Positions 19,197-30,066 are shown, numbered from the stretch's first letter. The stretch is DNA of 64,000 nt from an uncultured Barnesiella sp. (GCA_944321085.1 CALUJY010000006.1:103193-167192), one strand, 5' to 3'. Notes: generated by a model from the sequence alone, not told the origin. Numbers and translations are program-made.

Positions 19197-19204
19197 TATT
19201 TTTG
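19197..19204 (+). promoter_or_regulatory. -7 box TATTTTTG upstream of acpP-fabF-rnc
   Basis: Exact TAnnTTTG match 81 nt upstream of the acpP ATG. Confidence 0.4.
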
Positions 19205-19284
19205 TTCGTATTGGAGAAAAATCTTTTTCTTTGCAATGCATTTTTGCAGAACACTTCTTATTACTCATTTAAAAATAAAAAACT

Positions 19285-19527
19285 ATGTCTGAAGTTGCAT
19301 CAAAAGTAAAAGCAATTATCGTTGAACGTTTAGGTGTAAGCGAGTCAGCTGTGACTCCCGAAGCAAATTTCACTAGCGATTTGGGTGCCGATTCTCTCGA
19401 TACAGTAGAGATGATAATGGACTTTGAGAACGCATTCGATATTAAAATTCCCGATGAGGAGGCTGAAAAGATAACCACTGTTGGAGAGGCTATCGAGCAT
19501 ATCGAAAAAGCAGTAGCTGCAAAATAA
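19285..19527 (+). CDS. acpP: Acyl carrier protein
   Basis: 80 aa with the phosphopantetheine attachment motif [14 protein letters not shown]. Confidence 0.97.
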   Translation: MSEVASKVKAIIVERLGVSESAVTPEANFTSDLGADSLDTVEMIMDFENAFDIKIPDEEAEKITTVGEAIEHIEKAVAAK

Positions 19528-20793
19528 ATGGAATTAAAGAGAGTCGTTGTAACAGGTTTGGGTTCAATTACCCCATTGGGCAACAATGTAGCCGACACAT
19601 GGGAGGCTGCTGTCCGTGGTGTAAGTGGAGCCGGACCTATTACACATTTCGATGCCAGCGAGTTTAAGACTCAATTTGCCTGCGAGGTAAAGAACTTCGA
19701 TCCTCTGAATTACTTTGAAAGTGTTAAAGAGGCTCGTAAACTTGACCTGTATGCGCAATATGCTATTGCGGCAGTTAAAGAGGGTATGAGCGACTCGGGC
19801 ATCGATGTGGAGAAGATAGACCGTAACCGTGCCGGCGTTATTTTTGCAGCCGGTATTGGTGGCTTGGGCACTTTCGAACAGGAAGTGTCGAACTATGCTG
19901 TTGCTCCACAACGTGGTCCGCGTTACAGTCCTTTCTTCATTCCGAAGATGATTGCAGATATTGCTGCCGGTCAGATTTCGATGATTTATGGTTTCCACGG
20001 TCCCAATTTCGGTACAGTATCGGCTTGTGCTTCTTCAAACAATGCGTTGATAGATGCTTTCAACTACATTCGTTTGGGTAAAGCCGATGTTATTATTTCC
20101 GGAGGTGCCGAGGCGGCGATATTCGCTTGTGGCGTAGGCGGCTTCAATTCGATGCACGCCCTCTCTACCCGTAATGATAGTCCGTCAACTGCTTCGCGCC
20201 CTTTCAGTGGTTCTCGTGATGGCTTTGTGATGGGTGAAGGTAGTACCTGCCTTATCCTCGAAGAGCTCGACCATGCTTTGGCACGCGGTGCACGCATATA
20301 TGCCGAGATAGTGGGTGGAGGCCTTTCTGCCGATGCCTATCACCTTACGGCAACCCATCCCGAAGGCTTGGGTGCCAAGTTGGTAATGCGAAATGCCATG
20401 GAAGACGCCGGTTTGAGACCCGAAGATATAGATTATATCAACGTGCATGGTACCTCTACTCCTGTGGGTGACCTTTCTGAGGTGAAAGCTATCAAGGAAG
20501 TTTTTGGCGAGCACGCATATAAACTCAATATCAGCTCTACGAAATCTATGACCGGTCACTTGTTGGGTGCTGCCGGTGCTTTGGAGGCCATGTTCTGTAT
20601 CAAGGCCATAGAGAACGGTATTATACCGCCTACCATCAATCATGAAGAAGGTGACGATGATCCAGAAATAGATTATAAGCTTAATTTTACTTTTAACAAA
20701 GCTCAAAAACGAGAAGTGCGTGTTGCTTTGTCCAATACCTTCGGGTTTGGTGGCCACAACGCAAGCATCATTCTTAAAAAATTTGAGAAATAA
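19528..20793 (+). CDS. fabF: Beta-ketoacyl-ACP synthase II
   Basis: 421 aa with the KAS II active-site region (GPNFGTVSACASS) and the C-terminal motifs HGTSTPVGD and NTFGFGGHNASI. It starts immediately after acpP. Confidence 0.97.
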   Translation: MELKRVVVTGLGSITPLGNNVADTWEAAVRGVSGAGPITHFDASEFKTQFACEVKNFDPLNYFESVKEARKLDLYAQYAIAAVKEGMSDSGIDVEKIDRNRAGVIFAAGIGGLGTFEQEVSNYAVAPQRGPRYSPFFIPKMIADIAAGQISMIYGFHGPNFGTVSACASSNNALIDAFNYIRLGKADVIISGGAEAAIFACGVGGFNSMHALSTRNDSPSTASRPFSGSRDGFVMGEGSTCLILEELDHALARGARIYAEIVGGGLSADAYHLTATHPEGLGAKLVMRNAMEDAGLRPEDIDYINVHGTSTPVGDLSEVKAIKEVFGEHAYKLNISSTKSMTGHLLGAAGALEAMFCIKAIENGIIPPTINHEEGDDDPEIDYKLNFTFNKAQKREVRVALSNTFGFGGHNASIILKKFEK

Positions 20794-20795
20794 AC

Positions 20796-21605
20796 GTGCT
20801 TAAAGCTATTTATAACTGTATAAGGCTCTTTGTACTACGTTGCAGAGAGCCTTATAGTGTATTTTATAAGATGTTCGGATTCTGTCCGCACGACATTTCC
20901 CTTTTCGAGCAGGCGTGCCGTCATCGTTCGGCCGCTCGTCTCAGTAAGAAAGGGAATGATAACGAGCGTCTTGAATTTTTAGGCGATGCTGTTTTGGGTA
21001 CGATCGTATCTGACCTTGTATATTCGGTGTACGATGCGCAGCGTGAGGGTTTCTTGTCGAATACTCGGTCTAAAATAGTGAAACGAGAGACTCTCAATCA
21101 TATTGCCATTGAGTTGGGAATAGACAAGATTGTAGAGATAAATGCTCATAATATAGCTCACAACAATTACATGTATGGCAATGCCCTCGAAGCTCTCGTT
21201 GGTGCCATATATATAGACCAAGGCTATGAGAAATGTCGCAAAATCGTAGAAGAGCGTATCATAAAGCCTTATATCGACCTTAAACAGATTGCCGATGAGG
21301 AGGTGAATTTCAAATCGAGGCTCATTGAGTGGTGTCAACGTTACCGTGTCTCGTACGAGTTTGTCATAGATAAGAGTACCCATGACGAACATAATAATCC
21401 TGTCTTTCACTCTTGTGTGATGCTGGCCGGCGTGTCGGCGGGCGAAGGGATAGGTTACTCGAAGAAAGAAGCTCAGCAGCATGCTGCCGCAATGGCATTG
21501 AAACGCATCGCCCGCGATTGCAGTTGGGCCAAAGGGTTACGGTCGGTGAAGAGAAAGCAGACAGAGTTGAGTGCGCTTCCCGATGAAAAAGCTGTCGGTG
21601 CGTAA
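20796..21605 (+). CDS. rnc: Ribonuclease III
   Basis: RNase III signature ERLEFLGDAVLG plus a C-terminal dsRBD. The start is a GTG 3 nt after the fabF stop. The N-terminal extension (..FYKMFGFCPHD..) looks like that of Bacteroidetes Rnc proteins, so the upstream start is plausible but uncertain. Confidence 0.9.
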   Translation: MLKAIYNCIRLFVLRCREPYSVFYKMFGFCPHDISLFEQACRHRSAARLSKKGNDNERLEFLGDAVLGTIVSDLVYSVYDAQREGFLSNTRSKIVKRETLNHIAIELGIDKIVEINAHNIAHNNYMYGNALEALVGAIYIDQGYEKCRKIVEERIIKPYIDLKQIADEEVNFKSRLIEWCQRYRVSYEFVIDKSTHDEHNNPVFHSCVMLAGVSAGEGIGYSKKEAQQHAAAMALKRIARDCSWAKGLRSVKRKQTELSALPDEKAVGA

Positions 21606-21693
21606 TGCTTTGAGATAGTTTGTTCTCTTTTATACAAAATCATTGTTATATATCGGGTTGTTCGGCAGACGACAGCAGCTATATGGATATAAA

Positions 21694-21729
21694 AAGAGCC
21701 GTATTCCATCTATGTGGAATATGGCTCTT
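21694..21729. terminator. Bidirectional terminator between convergent rnc and adk
   Basis: An AAGAGCC..ATTCCA / TGGAAT..GGCTCTT stem is flanked by an A-run and a T-run. Confidence 0.7.
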
Positions 21730-21770
21730 CTTTTTTATGTTGCCATTTACATAGCGCGATGCAGCTTCTG

Positions 21771-22340
21771 TTATAAAGAGTCTATGGCATGTTTTATTTC
21801 GCCGAAAATTTTGGTTACGTCGCCTACGCCATGAATAGCTTTGTAAATGTTTTTCTTGATGTAATGTTCACGTAGGGGGTTGGTTTGCGAATGATATACG
21901 TCGAGACGTTTTTGTATGGTTTCGAGGTTGTCGTCGCTGCGTCCCGATGTCTTACCACGGTTGATGAGTCGTTTTATCAGTTCATCTTCATCAACTTCGA
22001 GACCTATCACGATGTCTAACGATGCGCCGCGTTTGGCAAGCAGCTTGTCTAATGCCTCGGCTTGATTGATGGTACGGGGAAATCCGTCGAAGATAACTCC
22101 TTTTGAGTCTTGCATCGAATCCAATACCTTGTCGAGGATGTCTATCATCAGTTCGTCGGGAATAAGTTTGCCGTTCGAGATGTACGAGTCGGCAATTTTC
22201 CCTAGTTCGGTTTGTTGGGCAATCTGTCCTCTCAATACATCGCCGGTGGAGATGTGCGACAACCCATATTCTTGAATGAGGAGTTCGCTCTGAGTCCCTT
22301 TACCCGACCCCGGAGCTCCAAAAATGACAATGTTTATCAT
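21771..22340 (-). CDS. adk: Adenylate kinase
   Basis: 189 aa with the P-loop GAPGSGKGTQ. It is the short form without a zinc lid. Confidence 0.97.
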   Translation of the reverse strand: MINIVIFGAPGSGKGTQSELLIQEYGLSHISTGDVLRGQIAQQTELGKIADSYISNGKLIPDELMIDILDKVLDSMQDSKGVIFDGFPRTINQAEALDKLLAKRGASLDIVIGLEVDEDELIKRLINRGKTSGRSDDNLETIQKRLDVYHSQTNPLREHYIKKNIYKAIHGVGDVTKIFGEIKHAIDSL

Positions 22341-22392
22341 GAAATTATGTTCGTTTATTTTATATAGTATATGCTTTGCAGCAGGGCGTGCG

Positions 22393-22932
22393 TTACTCTT
22401 GTACGATGTAAATATCTTTGAGGTTGCGTCCTAATTCGTCGTAATCGAGCCCGTATCCTACGATAAATGCTTGCGGTATGTCAAGGGCTACATAGTCTAT
22501 CGTCACGTCGTATTTCAGCGAGTCGGGCTTGAAAAGAAGGGTGGCTACCTTTATCTCGGCAGGATTGCACTCTTGGAGCATCTCTTTCAGTTGCAGTAAG
22601 GTGAAGCCTGTGTCGACAATATCCTCAACAATAACGACCGTACGTCCCGAAATGTCCTCGTGAAGTCCCGAAATCATCTGTACCTCGCCGGTGCTGTGCG
22701 TTCCGATGTAAGATTTCATTCGGATGAAAGTTATTTCGGCATCGGGAATTTCTATCTCTCTAAACAAGTCGGCGGCAAATACGAACGCCCCGTTGAGAAC
22801 GCATAAGAACAGAGGACTTTTGTCCGCCAAGTCTTTGTTTATCTGCTTCGCTACATGTTTAATGGCTGAGGATATTTCTTCTCTCCTGATGTAGGGCTTG
22901 AATGTCAGATCTTTTAGTTTGATAGTCTCCAT
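22393..22932 (-). CDS. hpt: Hypoxanthine phosphoribosyltransferase
   Basis: 179 aa with the PRPP-binding motif VVIVEDIVDTGFT. Confidence 0.93.
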   Translation of the reverse strand: METIKLKDLTFKPYIRREEISSAIKHVAKQINKDLADKSPLFLCVLNGAFVFAADLFREIEIPDAEITFIRMKSYIGTHSTGEVQMISGLHEDISGRTVVIVEDIVDTGFTLLQLKEMLQECNPAEIKVATLLFKPDSLKYDVTIDYVALDIPQAFIVGYGLDYDELGRNLKDIYIVQE

Positions 22933-22958
22933 GTCTTGGAAAATGTAATGAATTTGCG

Positions 22959-22966
22959 CAAAGGTA
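22959..22966 (-). promoter_or_regulatory. -7 box TACCTTTG upstream of hpt
   Basis: Exact match on the minus strand, 27 nt upstream of the hpt ATG. Confidence 0.5.
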
Positions 22967-23104
22967 CAATTTAATGCCCATATCCGACGCGTTTTGCAGC
23001 ATATTTTTCTTGTGAAAGTAGAGCCTTCTTTTTTCTCTTTGTCGAAGCGTCTGTCGAAACCGAAAAAAACGCTTCATCAAGATGGCCGTTTCGTGCTGAA
23101 ATAT

Positions 23105-23112
23105 TATCTTTG
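23105..23112 (+). promoter_or_regulatory. -7 box TATCTTTG upstream of nnr
   Basis: Exact match 37 nt upstream of the ATG at 23149. Confidence 0.5.
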
Positions 23113-23148
23113 TTGTGGTTTCACTATAAAGAATGAAACATATCAGTC

Positions 23149-24672
23149 ATGAAAATTTTTTCTACACCCGAGATACGTCGGATCGACCAATATACGATAG
23201 AACATGAGCCGGTCTCGTCGATTGACCTGATGGAGCGTGCTGCATCGGCAATAGTATATAAAATAGCTTCACATTGGAGCCGTATGAAGCATATCTGCAT
23301 CTTTGCAGGCCCCGGTAATAATGGCGGCGACGCCTTGGCGGTAGCCCGCCTCTTGATGGTCGAGGGGTATAATCCCGAGGTATATTTGTTCAATACCTCC
23401 CGGCTTTCGGATAATTGCGATATCAATAAAGAGCGACTTCTGGAAGAGTTCCCCGAAGCTCATTTTACCGAAATAATCAAGGAGTTTCGTCCTCCGCGCT
23501 TAGATGGCGATACGTTGGTTATAGACGGCCTTTTCGGCTCGGGTATGAATAAGCCCATGATGGGCGGTTATACGTCGTTGGTAGAGTATATCAACGAGTC
23601 GGGAGCGTATGTCGTTTCTATTGACATTCCATCGGGCTTGATGTGCGACTGGGAGCAAAAGAACGACCCGCGACACATTATACAGGCACGTGAAACCTAC
23701 ACGTTCCAGTTCCCCAAGCTCTCTTTCTTCTTCCGCGAAAATGCCCGATATGTAGGCGATTGGCAGGTTCTCGATATAGGGTTGCATGCCGATGCTATCT
23801 CTGATATTGTCACCCGTTTCCACTGTGTAGAAATGGGCGATGCCCGTCGATTGTTGCATGTGCGCGACCGTTTTTCCGATAAGTGGGATTATGGCCATGC
23901 TCTTTTGATAGGGGGGCGTTACGGTATGGTAGGTGCATCTGCATTGGCTGCAAAAGCCGCTTTGCGTACCGGATCCGGGTTAGTATCGGTACATGCGCCG
24001 CGTTGCGCCAATGTCATCTTGCAGACGGCTGTTCCCGAGGCGTTGTTCGAGCCCGATAAAGATGATTTGGAGTGTTCCGAGGTGACCTTTAAGAAGCAAT
24101 ACGGAGCTGTCGGTATAGGGTGTGGTATGGGACGTTCGGCGAAGCCCGTTTCCTGTCTGCGTTCGTTGCTTACCGAGATGAGGTTGCCTGCTGTATTTGA
24201 TGCCGATGCCTTGAACATCCTCGCCGCACATAAGGATTTGGTAGATTTGTTGCCTATGGGTACTATTATCACCCCGCATGTGCACGAGTTTGAGCGGCTC
24301 TTCAATACTATAATTGATACCGATGCCCACCGCCTGCAACAGGCGTTGGCGGTAGCTGCGCACTACTCTATCATTGTGGTGCTCAAAGGTGCATACACCG
24401 CGGTGGTTACCCCCAAAGGCGATGTCTATTTCAATACGACCGGCAATCCCGGTATGGCTACCGCCGGAAGCGGCGATGTGTTGACGGGTGTACTGACAGC
24501 GTTGCTCGCACAAGGGTATCCGTCGGAAGAGGCGGCTGTGTTGGGCGTCTATCTGCACGGGTTGGCAGGCGATATAGCTGTTGCTGAGAGCTCCGAGGAG
24601 GCTGTTGTTGCGCAAGATATTGTCGCTTGTTTGGGCAAGGCTTTCAAGCGGCTCAGAAGCAAAGATAAGTAA
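23149..24672 (+). CDS. nnr: Bifunctional NAD(P)H-hydrate epimerase / ADP-dependent dehydratase
   Basis: 507 aa. The YjeF N-terminal domain carries GPGNNGGDALAVARLL. The C-terminal carbohydrate-kinase-like domain carries GSGDVLTG. Confidence 0.93.
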   Translation: MKIFSTPEIRRIDQYTIEHEPVSSIDLMERAASAIVYKIASHWSRMKHICIFAGPGNNGGDALAVARLLMVEGYNPEVYLFNTSRLSDNCDINKERLLEEFPEAHFTEIIKEFRPPRLDGDTLVIDGLFGSGMNKPMMGGYTSLVEYINESGAYVVSIDIPSGLMCDWEQKNDPRHIIQARETYTFQFPKLSFFFRENARYVGDWQVLDIGLHADAISDIVTRFHCVEMGDARRLLHVRDRFSDKWDYGHALLIGGRYGMVGASALAAKAALRTGSGLVSVHAPRCANVILQTAVPEALFEPDKDDLECSEVTFKKQYGAVGIGCGMGRSAKPVSCLRSLLTEMRLPAVFDADALNILAAHKDLVDLLPMGTIITPHVHEFERLFNTIIDTDAHRLQQALAVAAHYSIIVVLKGAYTAVVTPKGDVYFNTTGNPGMATAGSGDVLTGVLTALLAQGYPSEEAAVLGVYLHGLAGDIAVAESSEEAVVAQDIVACLGKAFKRLRSKDK

Positions 24673-24732
24673 TATTTCGCCCCTCATGAGAAGCGAGAGA
24701 GTATGGTAAGTAAAAAATAATATGAAATATAT

Positions 24733-25794
24733 ATGAAACGAAAATTGTTCATCTCGTTGGTATGTTGCGCTTTGCCGCTTCTGTCGGCTGCGCAAGATAT
24801 GGTAAAGTTGGTGCCTGATAAGTTCAATGAGTATGCGCTCAATTATTATCTCCCTTATACGGTGGCCGATATAGAGTTTGTTGCAACCAAGACGGTGTGC
24901 AAAGCCGGCCCTTATTATAAATATGCCAAGAAATACCTCGGCGTGACGGATATCGTGACCGAAGATTCGGAAACATGGACCATAGAGAGCGTTTGTATGG
25001 TGCCCAGAGGTATTGCCGACACGGGCAATCGCTATCAGCTTACTTTTAAGTCGGGGCAGACGCCTTATATATACGTCAATCCCGAAGGGCTGATTTATAG
25101 TATCAATACCGAGCCCGAAGTCGTGGCAACGGCATGTCCTCCGGTCAGCTCCGACGAGTCGGGAGAGATAGATGTAAGCCGGGTTCTCTCTGAGGAGCTG
25201 CTCATGTCGGGTTCGATAGCCAAGATGGCCGAGGTGGCAGCCAAGCAGATTTATCGTATTCGCGAAAGTCGTCTTGACCTGCTTACCGGCGATGTAGATA
25301 AGATGCCTGCCGATGGAGCCTCCTTCAAACTTATCATTGCACAACTCGACGAGCAGGAAGCTGCACTCACAGCCCTTTTCTTGGGAACGAAGTCGGTAGA
25401 GCGGGTTGTGAAACGTATAGAGTATTGTCCCGAAGGTGATGTGGAGAATGAGATACTGTTCCGCTTCTCCGATTTCTTAGGATTTGTCGATGCCGACGAC
25501 CTGAGCGGAGCTCCTGTCAATATCGCTGTGACGGTTACCGAGAAAGGCGAATATCCTGTCGATAGCAAAGGCAATGTAGTGGAACTGCCCAAGAAAGCAT
25601 TGGCCTATACCCTTCCCGGGAAAGCTGTCATAACGATTTCGTATGAAGGCAAGACCTATGCCGAGGAGGAGTTGCCGATTGCACAGCTGGGTGTCGTGTA
25701 TGGGCTCGATGCCACATGGTTTGTTGACAAAAAAGCGCCTGCCAATGCTGTCTTCGATGCCACGACGGGAGCTTTGTTGCGTTTAGGCCGATAG
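24733..25794 (+). CDS. Hypothetical secreted protein (DUF4831-like by recollection)
   Basis: 353 aa with a signal peptide (MKRKLFISLVCCALPLLSAAQ) and no catalytic motif. The family assignment comes from memory of Bacteroides proteins of this size and pattern and has not been verified. Confidence 0.65.
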   Translation: MKRKLFISLVCCALPLLSAAQDMVKLVPDKFNEYALNYYLPYTVADIEFVATKTVCKAGPYYKYAKKYLGVTDIVTEDSETWTIESVCMVPRGIADTGNRYQLTFKSGQTPYIYVNPEGLIYSINTEPEVVATACPPVSSDESGEIDVSRVLSEELLMSGSIAKMAEVAAKQIYRIRESRLDLLTGDVDKMPADGASFKLIIAQLDEQEAALTALFLGTKSVERVVKRIEYCPEGDVENEILFRFSDFLGFVDADDLSGAPVNIAVTVTEKGEYPVDSKGNVVELPKKALAYTLPGKAVITISYEGKTYAEEELPIAQLGVVYGLDATWFVDKKAPANAVFDATTGALLRLGR

Positions 25795-25987
25795 CAGATA
25801 AAAGAAAAGGCCCGTCCTCGCGACGAACCTTTCCCTACCTAAAATCAAACAAATAGCAAACTATAACTTAGGAATAACAAACAACTTTCAGCTTGGGTAA
25901 GCCTCCTGCTTTCTTATCGGATGGGAGGCTTCTCGCCGTTATAACAACGGTAGTGCCTCGAAAGTTCTCAGATAACGCTATAAGGAT

Positions 25988-26590
25988 ATGGCATTACTTT
26001 CGTGCATGAACGCCCATTGCATAGAGGCAGGGTGCGACGAGGCCGGGCGCGGATGCCTTGCAGGCGCTGTATTTGCAGCTGCTGTGATATTTCCTGCCGG
26101 ATACGACCACCCGTTGTTGAATGATTCGAAACAACTGAGCGAAAAGCAACGCTATGCGCTACGTCCTGTCATTGAGCACGATGCGGTGGCTTGGGCTGTT
26201 GCCAAGGTAGAGCCCGGCGAGATAGACAACATCAATATTCTCAATGCTTCGATTCTTGCCATGCACCGCGCCATAGAGCAGATGGGCGTTGTACCGCAGC
26301 ATCTTATTATCGACGGTAACCGTTTTAAGCCTTATCGCAATATTCCCCATGACTGTGTTGTAAAGGGCGATGGTAAGTATCTCTCTATTGCGGCTGCCTC
26401 GGTATTGGCAAAGACCTACCGTGACGACTATATGCTGCATCTGCATACGCTCTATCCTCAATATCGCTGGGACAAGAACAAAGGGTATCCCACTCGCGAC
26501 CATCGCGAAGCGATAGCCCGATATGGTACGACGCCCTATCATCGTATGTCGTTTCGCTTGCTCGACCCTCAACTGTCGCTGTTCCCGTAG
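25988..26590 (+). CDS. rnhB: Ribonuclease HII
   Basis: 200 aa with the catalytic motif [19 protein letters not shown] and downstream IIDGN. Confidence 0.95.
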   Translation: MALLSCMNAHCIEAGCDEAGRGCLAGAVFAAAVIFPAGYDHPLLNDSKQLSEKQRYALRPVIEHDAVAWAVAKVEPGEIDNINILNASILAMHRAIEQMGVVPQHLIIDGNRFKPYRNIPHDCVVKGDGKYLSIAAASVLAKTYRDDYMLHLHTLYPQYRWDKNKGYPTRDHREAIARYGTTPYHRMSFRLLDPQLSLFP

Positions 26591-26623
26591 AAATCTTTCT
26601 TTGTTGCATTCATTGATAACGTT

Positions 26624-28327
26624 ATGAAAAAATCGGGGTCATTTTTGCCAACTGCGACAGAATGCTACATTGAGGGATATGTCGTATTGTTGTCGTTGTT
26701 TCTTTCTCTGTTTGTGTCGTCGCTCCTTTTTGCGCTGGGCAGTCATGTGCAACCGTGGATTTTCCCGACAGCTTGTGTCGTGTCTGTTTTGGGAGGCCAT
26801 GTATGGCTCTGCAAGAAGGCGGCATCGCCGCGAGGGGCGTTGCTTCGCTATTATATAGTGATGTCTTTATTGCTTTTTACGGCAATATTTACGGCGGCGT
26901 GCATCTATGACAATAGTTCCGATGGCAACTTATATCATCAAGGAACCGTTATCGCATTGTTGGGAGGATGGAATCCCTTTGCCGGTTCCGAGGGGATAGA
27001 GGTGTTGTGGATAAAACATTATGCCAAGGGGATAGAAACGATAGCTGCCACGATTGTGGCATGTACGGGACGGCTCGAATCGGGTAAGGCTGTCAATCTC
27101 TTGTTGGCACTCTCTACGCTCCTCTTTACAGCGGCATTTATGCGGCGTGAATTTCCCGCCCTTTCCCGCATCAAAGTGTTGTGGCTCGCTCTTGTAATGG
27201 CAATGTGTCCGATCGTGCTGCGTCAGCTCTACGTCTATTATGTCGATTATGCCATGTATTGCTTTCTGTTGCTCACTGTGTTGTCTTTGGTGCAGATATA
27301 CCGACAGCCGACCGATTATATGGCGTGGAGTATTCTTGTTATGGTTGTACTGATGGCGCCTACTGTGAAGTTTACGGTGGCGTTTTATGAATATGTTGCG
27401 TTGGCTGTTGCCGTGGTATGGTTTTTCTGCGTACGCCGCAAACGTTTGGCGGGGCGTTTGGCCGTTTTCTCGGTATTGTTGCTGCTTGTGGGTATGTGTG
27501 GTTTGGGTTATCATCCGTATGTAACCAATACGGCGGGATGGGGCAATCCCTTCTATCCGTTGATAGGTTCATCGGTAGATATTATGAGTTCCAATACGCC
27601 GCAACTTTATGAAGGAAGCGGTCGCATCGTAACCTTTATCAAGTCGCTGTTCTATACATACGACGGTGCTGCCGTGTGGATACCCGGTGTGACCGATTCG
27701 TTAAACGATTATGTGATAGCGTTCGACAGGCGCATTGCGGGTTTCGGACCATTTTTTGTATATATCTTGGTAGGTTCGGTCGTGTTGTTTGTGCTGTGTC
27801 GCAAACAGCTGCTCCCGGAGAAGGCAAGGCCGATGGCTATTTTGGCAGTATTGTTGTTTCTTGGCTGTTTCTTTTTCGAGCAAGCATGGTGGATGCGCTA
27901 CGTCCCCTTTCTGTGGGCTGTCCCGGTCGTGCTGTTGCTTTGTACCGAGTATGTGCATTTGGCCAAGTGGCAACGCATTTTTCGCGGTCTGTTGTATTTG
28001 CTTATGGCGGCCACCATGGCTATGGCAGTGGCTTCGGCAGCCATAGGAGCTTTGTCGGTTACGGGGCGTTTCAATGCAATATGCCGCAGTGTCTCTCCCG
28101 ATTCGACGGTTAATGTCTATGTACAGAGTATGGACTCATTCTTATATAAATTGAGTGAGAATAATGTGACGTATGAGTTGCTCGATACCAATGAAAGTCC
28201 CGATACGACGCTGCGACGGTTGCCGTTGTTAGAGGACTGGGTGGTATTTTATCTCGATGAGGAGACCTATTCTCGCATCAGTCGTCCCGATTTTCTCGAT
28301 ATAGTGACCCGTAACAAAGGCGAGTAA
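26624..28327 (+). CDS. Polytopic integral membrane protein of unknown function (possibly GT-C-like)
   Basis: 567 aa with at least 11 hydrophobic helices and a soluble C-terminal ~90 aa. Coding is supported by ORF length and the flanking terminator. The function is not supported by any motif I can name. Confidence 0.65.
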   Translation: MKKSGSFLPTATECYIEGYVVLLSLFLSLFVSSLLFALGSHVQPWIFPTACVVSVLGGHVWLCKKAASPRGALLRYYIVMSLLLFTAIFTAACIYDNSSDGNLYHQGTVIALLGGWNPFAGSEGIEVLWIKHYAKGIETIAATIVACTGRLESGKAVNLLLALSTLLFTAAFMRREFPALSRIKVLWLALVMAMCPIVLRQLYVYYVDYAMYCFLLLTVLSLVQIYRQPTDYMAWSILVMVVLMAPTVKFTVAFYEYVALAVAVVWFFCVRRKRLAGRLAVFSVLLLLVGMCGLGYHPYVTNTAGWGNPFYPLIGSSVDIMSSNTPQLYEGSGRIVTFIKSLFYTYDGAAVWIPGVTDSLNDYVIAFDRRIAGFGPFFVYILVGSVVLFVLCRKQLLPEKARPMAILAVLLFLGCFFFEQAWWMRYVPFLWAVPVVLLLCTEYVHLAKWQRIFRGLLYLLMAATMAMAVASAAIGALSVTGRFNAICRSVSPDSTVNVYVQSMDSFLYKLSENNVTYELLDTNESPDTTLRRLPLLEDWVVFYLDEETYSRISRPDFLDIVTRNKGE

Positions 28328-28372
28328 CAGTTTACTTGCGATGCTGAACTTCTTGTCGTGTGAGACAAAAAA

Positions 28373-28407
28373 GAAGCCTGTCCGAACTTCCATGTCGGGC
28401 AGGCTTC
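28373..28407. terminator. Bidirectional terminator between the convergent membrane-protein and POT genes
   Basis: GAAGCCTGTCCGA / TCGGGCAGGCTTC forms a stem flanked by A6 upstream and T4 downstream. Confidence 0.75.
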
Positions 28408-28426
28408 TTTTGTATGAGGCGGGAGG

Positions 28427-29980
28427 TTATCGGGTAACCCTTTCGAGCCATTTCACCATCGAGAGCATAACGAGCATAGAACCGCCGCATGCTATTACGA
28501 ATACGCCCCATGTAATCCACATCGGCATGCTGGTGTAGAGCAATCCGCCGACGAAGAGCAGCGAGTTACCCACGGCTGTGGCAGCCAACCAGAAGCCTTG
28601 CATAAGGCCTTGCATGTGGGGTGGAGCAACTTTCGATACGAATGCCAGACCGAGTGGCGAGATGAAGAGCTCGGCAACCGTCAGGATGAAGTAGAGGCCT
28701 ACCATTACCCATGGCGTAACGAGTATTTGCTCTATTTCATCGGCTCTCATGTGCGACAGTTCGGCCTTCGAAGGCAATGCGAGTGAGAAGAACATCAGGA
28801 AGAGGTATGCGATGGCTGCAATGCCCATACCCAAAGCAATCTTCATAGGCGTAGAAATGTTCTTGCCTTTCTTGTCTAACCACCCGAAGAACCACATGAT
28901 GATGGGTGTGAGGGTGACAACGAAGAAGGGGTTGACGCATTGGAATATCTCGGCACCCTTGATGGTGGTAAATCCGAGGTCTATGTTGATGATGTCGAGG
29001 TTGACGTAGTCTCTTGCAAAGTAGGTAAGCGAGTAGCCGTTTTGGTGGAAAGAAACCCAGAAGAAAATTACGACGCCGAATACGGCAAAGAGAGCATAGA
29101 TGCGTTGTTTGATTTCTTGTGCATCCATTTTTATCTCTTCGGCAGATGCTTTGGTTGCTGTCTCTGCGGCTTTCTTCGCCGGGTCGGGGAATTTGCTCTT
29201 GTTGGCCACGTATATGATGAGCGAAATTATCATCATAAAGATAGCGGCGATGAATGCGTAGTGGAAACCGCGGCTGAATACGTCGATGTAGCTGTCGCAG
29301 AAAGAGGCGAGGTCGGTTACTTGTCGTCCGTCGAGGTATGCGTGGTTGGCATAAGTAGTGAGGTTCGCAAGACCTTCTCCGCTCATTTGTCCGCCGGTGT
29401 TGATGTATTCGTGGCACAATTCGGGTAACTTGGCGTTATAGTCGAATCCGTTGACTTTCAGCCACCAGTTGCGTACGCCTATGGCAATCCACGGGGCGAA
29501 GAAACCGCCTATGTTGATAAACATGTAGAATATTTGGAAACCCGACTCGCGTTTCGAGGCATATTGGGCATTGTCGTACATCTGACCTACCAATGCTTGC
29601 AGATTGCCTTTGAAGAGACCGTTACCGAAAGCAATGACCAGCAGGCCGAAGCATGTCAGTGTGAGGTAGAGCGGCAGGTTGGGTACGGGTGTGGGGGTGG
29701 GTATGGCAATGATGAGGTAGCCGATTGACATAATGATAAGCCCCATGAGAATGGTGCCTTTGTAATTTTGCGTCTTGTCGGCAATAATGCCGCCAACCAA
29801 CGCCAGCAGGTAGATAGAAGCGTAGAAGCCCGAGTAAATGTAGCCTGCCGTGGTTTCGTTAAGACCGAATTTTGCAGAAATGAATAGCGTGAGAATCGCC
29901 ATCATGATGTAGAAGCCGAAACGCTCGCCCATGTTGGCCAGCGCAGCGGCTATCAATCCTTTGGGTTGATTTTTAAACAT
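28427..29980 (-). CDS. Proton-dependent oligopeptide (POT/PTR2) family MFS transporter
   Basis: 517 aa. The N-terminal signature GERFGFYIMMAILTLF (ExxERFxYY-type) and a 14-TM-like pattern fit the POT family. Confidence 0.9.
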   Translation of the reverse strand: MFKNQPKGLIAAALANMGERFGFYIMMAILTLFISAKFGLNETTAGYIYSGFYASIYLLALVGGIIADKTQNYKGTILMGLIIMSIGYLIIAIPTPTPVPNLPLYLTLTCFGLLVIAFGNGLFKGNLQALVGQMYDNAQYASKRESGFQIFYMFINIGGFFAPWIAIGVRNWWLKVNGFDYNAKLPELCHEYINTGGQMSGEGLANLTTYANHAYLDGRQVTDLASFCDSYIDVFSRGFHYAFIAAIFMMIISLIIYVANKSKFPDPAKKAAETATKASAEEIKMDAQEIKQRIYALFAVFGVVIFFWVSFHQNGYSLTYFARDYVNLDIINIDLGFTTIKGAEIFQCVNPFFVVTLTPIIMWFFGWLDKKGKNISTPMKIALGMGIAAIAYLFLMFFSLALPSKAELSHMRADEIEQILVTPWVMVGLYFILTVAELFISPLGLAFVSKVAPPHMQGLMQGFWLAATAVGNSLLFVGGLLYTSMPMWITWGVFVIACGGSMLVMLSMVKWLERVTR

Positions 29981-30058
29981 AGTGGTGTGGAATTAGTATT
30001 GTTAGTTGGTTTTATTCTCTTGTCCGTTTGTAAAGTGTTTTTCATAAGGTCTCTTTTG

Positions 30059-30066
30059 CAAATGTA
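30059..30066 (-). promoter_or_regulatory. -7 box TACATTTG upstream of the POT transporter gene
   Basis: Exact match on the minus strand, 79 nt upstream of the ATG at 29980. Confidence 0.45.
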